64,000 bases of DNA from Candidatus Daviesbacteria bacterium (lineage in GTDB: Bacteria > Patescibacteriota > Microgenomatia > Daviesbacterales > UBA10151), in the NCBI GenBank assembly GCA_016186955.1, contig JACPKP010000009.1, positions 24,463 through 88,462 on the forward strand. The letters run 5' to 3'. Of the stretch, positions 38,083 to 46,695 are shown piece by piece. Positions within the stretch are counted from its first letter, which is position 1. Every line of letters starts with the position of its first letter. The notes under the pieces were generated by a model. The model saw only the letters and a list, made by a program, of their open reading frames with translations. It searched no databases and was not told the origin of the DNA. A program made the position numbers and the translations under genes.

Positions 38083-39566
38083 ATATCTCCAACAGACAGC
38101 TTAGTTACCGGGAAATTTATGAAAGCATAAAAAGGGAGGAGAAGATATCGGTTAACCCCAAAATATTAAAACGGCTAGGGAAGCAAAGAGAAAAAATAAA
38201 AAAAATACTGAATCAAAAAGGCGCTGTCTATGGCATTAACACCGGGTTTGGCGCATTAAAAACCAAAAGCATCAACCCTGAAGACATCCTAACCCTTCAG
38301 GAAAACCTGATCCGCTCACATGCTGCAGGAGTAGGCAACCCATTCCCCCAAAATATTGTCAAGGCGGTCATGATTTTGATAATTAATAACCTGTCAAAGG
38401 GATATTCCGGGGTCCGTCCGGTGATAATTGAAACTCTCATACAGATGGTCAATAAAGGAGTAATCCCGGTTGTGCCGGAAAAAGGGTCGGTCGGTTCAAG
38501 TGGCGACCTCAACCCCTCTGCGCATATTGTGCTTGTCGCCATGGGGGAGGGTGAGGCGTATTTTAATGGTGTCAGGATTTCCGGATACGAGGCGATGAAG
38601 CAAGCAGGTATCCCCTCTGTAAAAATTGAAGCGAAAGAGGGTTTGGCCTTAATTAACAATACTGCAACTATGACAGCCAATGCCATTTTCGCGCTTTCCG
38701 ATGCCTGTTATCTTGCAGACATCGCTGATTTTTCAGGTGCGCTTTGTGCAGAGGCGCTGCGCGCAACACATGCAGCTTTTGACAGCAGGGTGCATCGGAT
38801 AAAACCTTCCAAAGGCCAGCTGCTGGTTGCCCAAAGGTTAAGGAAGCTTCTTTTAGGCAGCGCTATGCAGGATAAAACCCGGATCCAGGACCAATATTCA
38901 ATCAGGTGTATGCCGCAGATCCATGGGGCTGTCAGGGATGCCATGGAATATGTCAGGCATGTTGTCAATATTGAAGTCAACTCTGTAACAGACAACCCGT
39001 TGATATTTTCCAAAGGCCAGGAAATTGAAATTATCTCCTGCGGCAACTTTCATGGGGAGGCAATGTCCCTGGCGATGGATACGCTGCGGATAGCTGTTTG
39101 TGAACTGGCAAATATCGCCGACAGAAGGATATGTTCGATCCTGGACTCAAACCACAGCTATGGTTTACCTGCCTTTCTGGCAAAAAACCCCGGGTTAAAT
39201 TCCGGGCTGATGATCCTGCAGTATACAACTGCGGCCCTGGTTTCTGAAAATAAGATACTCGCCCATCCGGCTGTAGTGGACTCCATTCCTACATCAGCCA
39301 ACATTGAAGATATAGTATCGATGGGTACAATTTCTGCCAGGAAAACACTTGAGGTAGTGGAGAATGTTAAATATGTCCTGGCGGTAGAGCTTTTATCAGC
39401 CTGCCAGGCAGTGGACTTCCGGCTCAAAGAGGGTTATAATCTGGCTCAAGGCACACTAAAGGTTTATAATAAAATCAGAAAAATAGTACCTTTTTTTGAC
39501 AATGACCAGGAATATACACCTTTTATAAATAAAATAGTTAATTTAATAGATAACAGGGGATTATAG
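38079..39566 (+). CDS. hutH: Histidine ammonia-lyase
   Basis: Aromatic amino-acid lyase fold. The MIO region is GSVGSSGDLNPSAHI, with SSG where ASG is usual. Confidence 0.85.
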   Translation: MNISNRQLSYREIYESIKREEKISVNPKILKRLGKQREKIKKILNQKGAVYGINTGFGALKTKSINPEDILTLQENLIRSHAAGVGNPFPQNIVKAVMILIINNLSKGYSGVRPVIIETLIQMVNKGVIPVVPEKGSVGSSGDLNPSAHIVLVAMGEGEAYFNGVRISGYEAMKQAGIPSVKIEAKEGLALINNTATMTANAIFALSDACYLADIADFSGALCAEALRATHAAFDSRVHRIKPSKGQLLVAQRLRKLLLGSAMQDKTRIQDQYSIRCMPQIHGAVRDAMEYVRHVVNIEVNSVTDNPLIFSKGQEIEIISCGNFHGEAMSLAMDTLRIAVCELANIADRRICSILDSNHSYGLPAFLAKNPGLNSGLMILQYTTAALVSENKILAHPAVVDSIPTSANIEDIVSMGTISARKTLEVVENVKYVLAVELLSACQAVDFRLKEGYNLAQGTLKVYNKIRKIVPFFDNDQEYTPFINKIVNLIDNRGL

Positions 39567-41573
39567 ATGGAAAAAGAAATTTCTGAATTCCAAAAAAAGA
39601 TCCTTGAGGGTATCCCGGATCAACTGCCCCGCAAAAAACCATATGATAAAAATATCAGCCACGCACCAAAACGCAAAGATATTTTATCAAACACAGAAAA
39701 AATCCTGGCTGTCAAAAATGCCCTCAGATATTTTCCCAAAAAACATCACAAAATTTTAGCCGAGGAATTTGTCGGAGAACTGAAAGATTATGGCCGGATT
39801 TATATGTACAGATTTAAGCCTGACTATAAAATTTCAGCAAGAAACATCAATGAATTTCCCCACCGGTCAAAATCTGCAGCAGCCATAATGCTGATGATCA
39901 GCAATAACTTGGATAAGGCGGTTGCGCAGCATCCGGATGAGTTGATCACTTATGGAGGAAATGGGGCAGCTTTCCAAAACTGGGCCCAATATCTTTTGAC
40001 TATGCAATATCTGGCTAAGATGGGTGAAGACCAGACTTTAATTTTGTATTCAGGCCATCCCTTGGGTCTATTCCCTTCCGGTAAAGACGCCCCCCGGTTA
40101 GTAATCACAAACGGGATGATGGTGCCCAACTATTCCAAACCCGATGATTGGGAGAGGTTTAACGCTTTGGGAGTGACCCAATATGGACAGATGACGGCAG
40201 GATCATTTATGTATATCGGGCCGCAAGGGATAGTACATGGAACGACAATCACGGTTTTGAATGCCGGCAGAAGAATGGGTCTGGAGAATTTATCAGGCAG
40301 GGTTTTTGTTTCCTCGGGTTTGGGGGGGATGTCAGGGGCTCAGGCTAAAGCAGCTGTTATAGCAGGTGCGGTTGGTGTAATTGCGGAGGTTAATCCAAAA
40401 GCTGTTGAAAAGAGGTATTCCCAAGGATGGGTAGATGAAGTTTATACAGGTCTGGATCAACTAATATACAGAATTTCTAAAGCCAGGGAGGGACGGGAAG
40501 CAGTTTCTCTGGCCTATTCAGGCAATATTGTTGACCTTTGGGAAAAGTTTGTTGCGGATGACGTTAAGGTTGAACTTGGATCAGACCAAACCTCACTCCA
40601 TAACCCTTTTGCAGGCGGGTATTATCCGCAGGGTCTAACTTTGCAGGAATCAAACAAATTAATGGTGGAAGAGCCTTTAAAGTTCAAACATGAGGTGTAT
40701 AAATCGCTCAGGAGGCAGGTTGCTGCTATTGATAAGATGACTTCAAAAGGGATGTATTTTTGGGATTACGGAAACGCTTTTTTACTCGAAGCAGGCAGGG
40801 CAGGCGCGGACATATTAAAAGGCGACGGTTCTTTCAAATACCCTTCGTACGTGCAGGATATCATGGGGCCTTTATATTTTGACTTTGGATTCGGGCCTTT
40901 CAGGTGGGTTTGTACCTCATCTGACCCGGATGATCTGGCTAAAACAGATGAAATTGCCGGCGGGGTTTTGGAAAAAATTTTAACAAACGCCCCGGAGGAG
41001 ATTAAAAAACAGCTTGAAGACAATATTAAATGGATTAAAACAGCCGGATCAAACAGCTTGGTGGTCGGCTCACAGGCTAGGATCCTTTATGCTGATGCAG
41101 AAGGCAGGGTTAAGATAGCTTTGGCATTCAATAAAGCGGTCAGGGAGGGTAAGATTTCTGCGCCAATTGTGGTAGGAAGGGACCACCATGATGTTTCAGG
41201 CGCGGATTCACCATACCGGGAAACCTCCAATATTTATGACGGTTCAAAATTTACCGCGGATATGGCTGTGCAAAATGTGATCGGGGATTCATTCCGCGGC
41301 GCTACCTGGGTGTCTATCCATAATGGGGGAGGTGTGGGTTGGGGTGAGGTGATCAACGGAGGTTTTGGGCTGGTCATTGACGGTTCTAAAGACTCAGGAC
41401 ATAAAATAAAATCAATGCTTTTTTGGGATGTGGCAAACGGTTTGGCCAGGAGGTCCTGGGCCAGAAACGAAGGGGCGCTTTTTACAGCCAAAAAAATAAT
41501 GGAAGAGAAGTCAAAACTTAAAATAACCCTGCCTAATTTAGTTGATGAGGATACCCTGAGGAAATTGTTTTAA
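39567..41573 (+). CDS. hutU: Urocanate hydratase (long, 668-aa form)
   Basis: The YGGNGAAFQNWAQY and HNGGGVGWG urocanase motifs are spread along the protein. Confidence 0.85.
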   Translation: MEKEISEFQKKILEGIPDQLPRKKPYDKNISHAPKRKDILSNTEKILAVKNALRYFPKKHHKILAEEFVGELKDYGRIYMYRFKPDYKISARNINEFPHRSKSAAAIMLMISNNLDKAVAQHPDELITYGGNGAAFQNWAQYLLTMQYLAKMGEDQTLILYSGHPLGLFPSGKDAPRLVITNGMMVPNYSKPDDWERFNALGVTQYGQMTAGSFMYIGPQGIVHGTTITVLNAGRRMGLENLSGRVFVSSGLGGMSGAQAKAAVIAGAVGVIAEVNPKAVEKRYSQGWVDEVYTGLDQLIYRISKAREGREAVSLAYSGNIVDLWEKFVADDVKVELGSDQTSLHNPFAGGYYPQGLTLQESNKLMVEEPLKFKHEVYKSLRRQVAAIDKMTSKGMYFWDYGNAFLLEAGRAGADILKGDGSFKYPSYVQDIMGPLYFDFGFGPFRWVCTSSDPDDLAKTDEIAGGVLEKILTNAPEEIKKQLEDNIKWIKTAGSNSLVVGSQARILYADAEGRVKIALAFNKAVREGKISAPIVVGRDHHDVSGADSPYRETSNIYDGSKFTADMAVQNVIGDSFRGATWVSIHNGGGVGWGEVINGGFGLVIDGSKDSGHKIKSMLFWDVANGLARRSWARNEGALFTAKKIMEEKSKLKITLPNLVDEDTLRKLF

Positions 41574-41724
41574 ATGCACTACCGCCCCGCCTGCAATTGT
41601 TGAAAAAAAGTCAGCAGGGTAAAAATAATTACCATTTTTAAATTATAACCGATCAGGATGAATTCCGCGTTCTCAAATGGTAAAATTGACAAGTTGAGTA
41701 TAATTTTTTTTCAACACCAAATAT

Positions 41725-41795
41725 TGCGGGATGGTGTAACGGTAGCACAGCGGACTCTGAATCCGTTAATCTAGGTTCAAATCCTAGTCCCGCAG
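41725..41795 (+). tRNA. tRNA-Gln (anticodon CTG)
   Basis: Cloverleaf: acceptor TGCGGGA/TCCCGCA with U1:A72, D arm GTG/CAC, anticodon arm GCGGA-CTCTGAA-TCCGT, T arm CTAGG-TTCAAAT-CCTAG, discriminator G. No CCA is encoded. Confidence 0.8.
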
Positions 41796-41881
41796 CACGA
41801 GCATAGCGAGTGCTAAGGGACGGTGTGTTGTCCCGCAGCACGAGCATAGCGAGTGCTAAGGGACGGTGTGTTGTCCCGCAG
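41796..41881 (+). repeat. Two perfect 43-bp tandem direct repeats, each ending with a copy of the tRNA-Gln 3' end (GTCCCGCAG)
   Basis: CACGAGCATAGCGAGTGCTAAGGGACGGTGTGTTGTCCCGCAG occurs twice, starting immediately after the tRNA discriminator. Confidence 0.7.
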
Positions 41882-41895
41882 CTAAGCACAACAGA

Positions 41896-41940
41896 GAGGG
41901 TGGGAAGCCTTGCCTGTCGGCAGGCAGGTAATCCACCCTC
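41896..41940 (+). terminator. Long hairpin GAGGGTGG...CCACCCTC followed by an A/T-rich tail; possible terminator or structured RNA
   Basis: 8-bp outer stem with an inner CCTTGCCTG/CAGGCAGG near-stem, followed by CAAGTGTACAAATATTTTT. Confidence 0.4.
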
Positions 41941-42043
41941 CAAGTGTACAAATATTTTTGGATACAAATGGAAGATGGGAGATGGTTTATTTTCCATAGT
42001 ATAACTTGACAGCTTACTAAAGAAGACTATAATCTTAGATATA

Positions 42044-42244
42044 ATGAAAAAAATAGCTAGAATGTCTAATAAAGATTTAGTCCCAGGATCTAAAGTTCCG
42101 ATTGCTTTTTTGATTGACTACATCAAAGAAGGCTACAGCATCAAAGATTTTTTGAGTAATTATCCTTGGGTTAAGAAAAAATCTGTCCAAAAAGCACTGG
42201 CCGAGGTAAAAAAAAGAGATTTTACCTCCCAGTATGCCATCTAA
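42044..42244 (+). CDS. DUF433 domain protein (antitoxin-like partner of DUF5615)
   Basis: VPGSKVPIAFLIDYIKEGYSIKDFLSNYP matches the DUF433 core. Confidence 0.65.
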   Translation: MKKIARMSNKDLVPGSKVPIAFLIDYIKEGYSIKDFLSNYPWVKKKSVQKALAEVKKRDFTSQYAI

Positions 42245-42362
42245 ATCAAAACTTCAATTTTATGCAGACGAATGCTTTCCTATAGCTTCAGTCAAATTTC
42301 TTAAATCAATTTGGAGATACTTGTTTTTGAAATCAAAAAGCATTAGCATGAAGCAACTATGA
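42234..42362 (+). pseudogene. Truncated DUF5615 (PIN-like) remnant, 42 codons, overlapping the DUF433 stop
   Basis: Translation gives MPSKSKLQFYADECFPIASVKFLKSIWRYLFLKSKSISMKQL. FYADECFP..V..L matches the DUF5615 N-terminus (kFLADENLP..lv..Lr). Full-length members are about 110 aa. Confidence 0.4.
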
Positions 42363-42631
42363 CTGATAAAGATTTCAAAAAGATAGGTAACTTACTTGAT
42401 GGGAAACTTGATGAGAAGTTAAAGGAATCTGAAAAAAGGCTCATGGGTGAAATAGGTGATTTTTTTGACCAAAATTTACTACCACAAATAGCAGAAAAGG
42501 CAGACAAGACTGATATATACCGTCTGGAGAGAAAATTGGATAAAATATTTGACAAAGATTTTGAACAAGACAGAAGATTAGATAAAATTGAATCGGTTTC
42601 CGTCATTGCTCAAATTCCCCCTAGGCAATGA
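42359..42631 (+). CDS. Hypothetical charged helical protein (90 aa)
   Basis: ORF overlaps the next gene by 4 nt. No motif. Confidence 0.4.
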   Translation: MTDKDFKKIGNLLDGKLDEKLKESEKRLMGEIGDFFDQNLLPQIAEKADKTDIYRLERKLDKIFDKDFEQDRRLDKIESVSVIAQIPPRQ

Positions 42632-44106
42632 CCTTTTTAAAAATCAAACAAAGCTTTTTGTTGGTAATAATTTTAACAATTTTACTTTTTATTTTTTATT
42701 CTTTTAGGTTAGCCGAAACGCCCGACGGTATTACTGCAGATGAGGCTTCTTATGGGTATAACGGAATATCACTTGCGGATAACTTGCATGACCAGAATGG
42801 AAGATTTCTCCCCATCTTTATCCTGGGGACGGATGGAGTTACTTGGTATCCACCGTACATGCAATATTTGGCGGCTTTGTTTTTTAAGCTGCTTGGCCCT
42901 TCAGTGTTTGCTATGCGCTTCGCTACTGTTTTTGTAACAGTTTTGTCAGCTCTTTTAATGTTCTATTTTGCCAGACTACTTTTAAACAAAAAATATGGCC
43001 TTATAGCGCTTCTCTCTTTTATGATCACCCCCGAGGTATTGATTGAAACTCATACCCCATTTGAACACATGATAGTAATACCATTTGTTTTAATATGGTT
43101 GATAAGTTTGTATAAATACAAATTGCATTTGGAAAGAAAATATTTAATATTTGCAGCCCTGAGTTTAGGTATTAGTATTTATTCTTACGGAGGTGTCAGG
43201 CCACTAGTTCCTATTTGGGTTTTAGCTAGTAGTTTTTACATTATTTATTTGACTGGTAAGCAATTTCTAGCGCCGCTACTGACTTTTGCTGTTACCATTC
43301 TGCCTTTTTTTGCGATCATTCCAATCCTTGAACACTATTATTCAGGAGCAGTACTAAATCGTGTTAGTTTTAAGGTAAGCTCTATTTATAGTTTCTTTTA
43401 TTACTATCTGGCAAGTTTTGATATCTCTTTTTTGTTTGTCACCGGGGATAAACTATTAGTCCAATCAACCGGACGCCATGGCATGTTCCTTCTGTCAACA
43501 CTGCCTATATTTTTGGTAGGTATTTATCAGGCTTTTAGAAAAGGGTCTGCATTTTTAACTTTGTTGGGGGTAACTTTTTTCATCTCCCCATTGCTTTATG
43601 GTTTTGTAGGTTCTGCTTTTTTTGCTCATAGGCTACTTTATATGGTCCCATTCTATTGTGTTTTTTTTATTTTAGGGATCAAAAAGTTACTGGAAAACCG
43701 ATATAAATTTTTAAGATATGGCAGTTTTATCTTGATTTTTTTAATCATGATCAATTTTCTGGATTTTTGGCGTTATTATATTTTTAATTTTCCTAAAGAC
43801 ACATACCACCTTTTCCACCATCTTGAAGACCGAAACAAACCATATCAGGAGCTTTATCATCAAGCAAAAAACAGAGGGTTGGAACCATTTCTTTCAACAA
43901 GGGTTGCGCGCCTAGACAAAGTCAATATTAGTGATCCGGAACTTTTTTCCAGAGCGCTCTACTTCCCAAAATTGCCTAATGTTTTAGATGAGCAAAAGGA
44001 CCTCCTGCCTGAAAATGGCATATTATTATCAGATCAGGATAATTTACCTAATGTAAAAAAATTAGCAGTAGATATATTGCCTTTTCACCTCTATATCCGT
44101 CCATAG
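42628..44106 (+). CDS. Membrane glycosyltransferase of the GT39/GT83 (PMT/ArnT-like) family
   Basis: The multi-TM N-terminal part has ETPDGITADEASYGYNGISL, the DE-containing first loop typical of PMT_2/ArnT-like enzymes. Confidence 0.65.
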   Translation: MTFLKIKQSFLLVIILTILLFIFYSFRLAETPDGITADEASYGYNGISLADNLHDQNGRFLPIFILGTDGVTWYPPYMQYLAALFFKLLGPSVFAMRFATVFVTVLSALLMFYFARLLLNKKYGLIALLSFMITPEVLIETHTPFEHMIVIPFVLIWLISLYKYKLHLERKYLIFAALSLGISIYSYGGVRPLVPIWVLASSFYIIYLTGKQFLAPLLTFAVTILPFFAIIPILEHYYSGAVLNRVSFKVSSIYSFFYYYLASFDISFLFVTGDKLLVQSTGRHGMFLLSTLPIFLVGIYQAFRKGSAFLTLLGVTFFISPLLYGFVGSAFFAHRLLYMVPFYCVFFILGIKKLLENRYKFLRYGSFILIFLIMINFLDFWRYYIFNFPKDTYHLFHHLEDRNKPYQELYHQAKNRGLEPFLSTRVARLDKVNISDPELFSRALYFPKLPNVLDEQKDLLPENGILLSDQDNLPNVKKLAVDILPFHLYIRP

Positions 44107-44132
44107 ACGGGGTGTGCAAATATTAAATGGAG

Positions 44133-44708
44133 CTAGTTTTTTAATATTTCAGTTGGAGTTTCAATAAGTTTTTTTGTCAGGTCAGAAATTCTTCTTTCAC
44201 TTTGCATGAGCTGGTTGTAAAGGTTAGTCCTTTCCTGGGTGTTTTTCACTTGTTGGTTTTCGTTCCTTACCTGCATTGTAACATCAGGTTGCATAGAGAC
44301 AAAATATTTTGCGCTGCCCCGGTCATCTAAAAGAGGGGTTATATGAAGCTCCTGGGTATATTCAAAACCATTTTTATTCATATTCCTCACCCGGCCCACG
44401 AAAGGTTTTTTATCATCCTTGATTGTTTTCCACATATTGGCATAGAAACTGTTTGGTTCATGGCCACCCCATAAATCCCCGGGGTTTTTACCAAGCATCT
44501 CTTGCATGGAATACCCGGTCATCTTTTGTGCAGCTTTGTTGGCATAAAGTATATTCCCGTTTATATCCGTAATTAATATATGTACATCCAGTAAATCAAA
44601 AGCTTGCTCTAAACTGCTGAGCTCTTTTTTCATCTCGCCGATTTCTTTTTCTGTGATTGTAGTCCGTATGCCCATAAAAGGATAAATATTTATCTTATAG
44701 GGTCGCAA
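44133..44708 (-). CDS. PAS domain protein
   Basis: HILITDINGNILYANKAAQKMTGYSMQEMLGKN PAS S-box. Confidence 0.6.
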   Translation of the reverse strand: MRPYKINIYPFMGIRTTITEKEIGEMKKELSSLEQAFDLLDVHILITDINGNILYANKAAQKMTGYSMQEMLGKNPGDLWGGHEPNSFYANMWKTIKDDKKPFVGRVRNMNKNGFEYTQELHITPLLDDRGSAKYFVSMQPDVTMQVRNENQQVKNTQERTNLYNQLMQSERRISDLTKKLIETPTEILKN

Positions 44709-45169
44709 CCCATGGTTCGCCAGTAATTTACATTTCCGAAGCCTTCGCTTGCTAACTTATTAATCCAATATTCGCCTGAAGAGCCGTTTGGTATTTGTAC
44801 TACATATCTGGTGTTGGATTGAGGAGGGTAGACAATTGTCAGGTTGTTTGCCTGGAAATAGCTTTCTGCCTGCTGAGCTGTTTTATCATTAAACGGTTGG
44901 CTGTACCAGACTTCCAGTTTAGTGCGGTCAATGCAGGCTCCCTGGTTATTTTGATTGTTTGTTTTAGTAGGAGTAGGTTTGACAGTTGTACTAGGGGTCG
45001 GGGAGGTTGTGGCAAGAGGTGTGTTAGACAGTTGCGGCAAAAAAGTAGCAGCAGGAGAATTTGTAGGGGATGTTTTGTATGTATTGTTCTGATATATAAA
45101 AAACCCTGCTGCCAGGGATACCGCTAAAATTAAAATGATCAAACCTGGTGTGGGTGTGCCCATTGCCAA
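44690..45169 (-). CDS. Hypothetical membrane-anchored protein with an S/T/P-rich linker
   Basis: N-terminal TM helix followed by a low-complexity TSPTPSTTVKPTPTKT segment. Confidence 0.5.
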   Translation of the reverse strand: MAMGTPTPGLIILILAVSLAAGFFIYQNNTYKTSPTNSPAATFLPQLSNTPLATTSPTPSTTVKPTPTKTNNQNNQGACIDRTKLEVWYSQPFNDKTAQQAESYFQANNLTIVYPPQSNTRYVVQIPNGSSGEYWINKLASEGFGNVNYWRTMGCDPIR

Positions 45170-45235
45170 CTATTGTATAATTTAAGCCGTTATCTTGCAA
45201 CTGTATTGACTATGCATATTTGGTAAAATGCGAGT

Positions 45236-46406
45236 ATGGTTAAAACCGTAATGATAGTTGCCAAAAAGTTAATATATGGCGGTACTGAAAAGTACACACT
45301 CAACCTGGCTAATTTTCTGGCTAAAAAAGGGATAAACGTCATAGTTATAACAAGCGGAGGTCCGCTGGTTGAGCATTTTTCTGAGAAAGTAAAAGTTTTT
45401 ATAATCCCTGCCCTAATAATCCCTAGGTTCAAGGAAATTGTAGAAAGGAAGATCTTGCATATCGCCAAGGAGTACAAACCACAAATCATGCACGTATACA
45501 GCACAGGGCAATATTAGAAAGTGTTCAGCTGACCCGCAAATCCCTTAAAATTCCGGTTATCAGCCATGAACATCATATGTACCAGGCAGCAGATTACCGC
45601 GGAGTAGTCAAGCTTTTGAGAAAAGGAGCTGACAAAATAATTGCGATAGGCCCGTATACCCGTAAAAGGCTGATACAATATGGTTTGGATGAATACAAAA
45701 TTACGCCGGTGCTCAACGGTGTGGACGTAAATGAATACTTGCCTATTACCAAAAACGAAAGGAAGGTATCCAGGGAGCTTTTGGGGTTTAAAAAAATGAT
45801 AAGGTTATTTTATATATTTCCCGTGTTGTGCCGGGTAAGTCGGTCGATAAGTTAGCTCAAGCTTTCACTTCTGTTTTAGCAAAAATTCCAAATGCCAAAC
45901 TGGTTATTGTAGGGGACGATGATGAAAAAAATTTAATTATGTCATATTTAAAAAGATTTATCAGGAGGCATAAACTTCAGGAAAAATTGTTGCTTTTTCA
46001 GGGGCAGTTTGAAATACGCAAATTCCATGCTGTCGCAGATGTTTTTTGTTACCCTGCTATTGGAAAAGGTTTGTCCGTTATGGAGGCTATGGCTGTAGAG
46101 GTGCCCATTGTCGCCAAAGGTACAGATAAAAAGCCCTTTGTGGTTGAGGATAAAATCAGCGGGCTATTGACGAAAGATTCATCTGAACTTTCGGCAGAAG
46201 AGAATCAATTAGCGGATAAGTTAATTTACCTGCTGGAAAGACCCAGGGTCGCCAAAAGAATGGGCAAGGCAGGCAGGATTAGAATTATCAAAAAGTTCGA
46301 TTTTAAAAAAAACATCTTTGGGGTTTTGAAGGTTTACCATAAGACAATAAAACATTATTATAAAAGGCCGAAGGATTTATATAATTATCCCTCCGCCACT
46401 TTTTAA
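45236..46406 (+). pseudogene. GT4 (GT-B) glycosyltransferase disrupted into three ORFs by two frameshifts
   Basis: ORF 45236 carries the Glyco_trans_4 N-terminal domain. ORF 45828 carries the Glycos_transf_1 C-terminal domain (NDKVILYISRVVPGKSVDKL... and GLSVMEAMAVEVPIVA). The second shift falls in the A7 run at about 45790-45797 (GFKK|NDKVILY). The first is near 45495-45515. Confidence 0.65.
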
Positions 46407-46454
46407 AGCGGTTATTGACTTTAATTTAGGAAAATATAAAGATTAATTAAAGAG

Positions 46455-46652
46455 GTGATATTAATGAAAAAACTTGAGAGTTATTTTGGCAAACATGTTT
46501 ATTTTAATTCCGCAGTCCATGTTTTAGTGGGGATGGGGATTGGAATGCTTTTGACTTATCCTGTATTTGGCGCCCATACCATGCGCTGGGGGATTGCCCT
46601 CTTGGCATTGGGGATATTAGGGCATGCTTACCCTTACTTTGTTAAAAAGTAA
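46455..46652 (+). CDS. Small membrane protein (65 aa)
   Basis: Good Shine-Dalgarno sequence (AAAGAGGTGA) 8 nt upstream. Two predicted TM helices. Confidence 0.5.
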   Translation: MILMKKLESYFGKHVYFNSAVHVLVGMGIGMLLTYPVFGAHTMRWGIALLALGILGHAYPYFVKK

Positions 46653-46695
46653 TTTACGTTCTGAAGACTGTGTTTGTGCCTTGTTTGATGCTTCT

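Noticed and set aside
41686-41704. TTGACA and TATAAT hexamers upstream of tRNA-Gln
   Set aside because: The two hexamers are only 7 nt apart, so they cannot be one promoter. A TATAAT box exists but has no matching -35, so it is left uncalled.
41796-41881. Possible CRISPR array
   Set aside because: There are only two perfectly identical 43-bp units directly abutting with no spacers, and no cas genes nearby. It is a tandem duplication of a tRNA 3'-end-containing segment, not a CRISPR array.
41653-42004. 114-aa minus ORF and 64-aa plus ORF overlapping tRNA-Gln, the 43-bp repeats and the hairpin
   Set aside because: The region is explained by a tRNA and structured repeats. The peptides are repeat translations.
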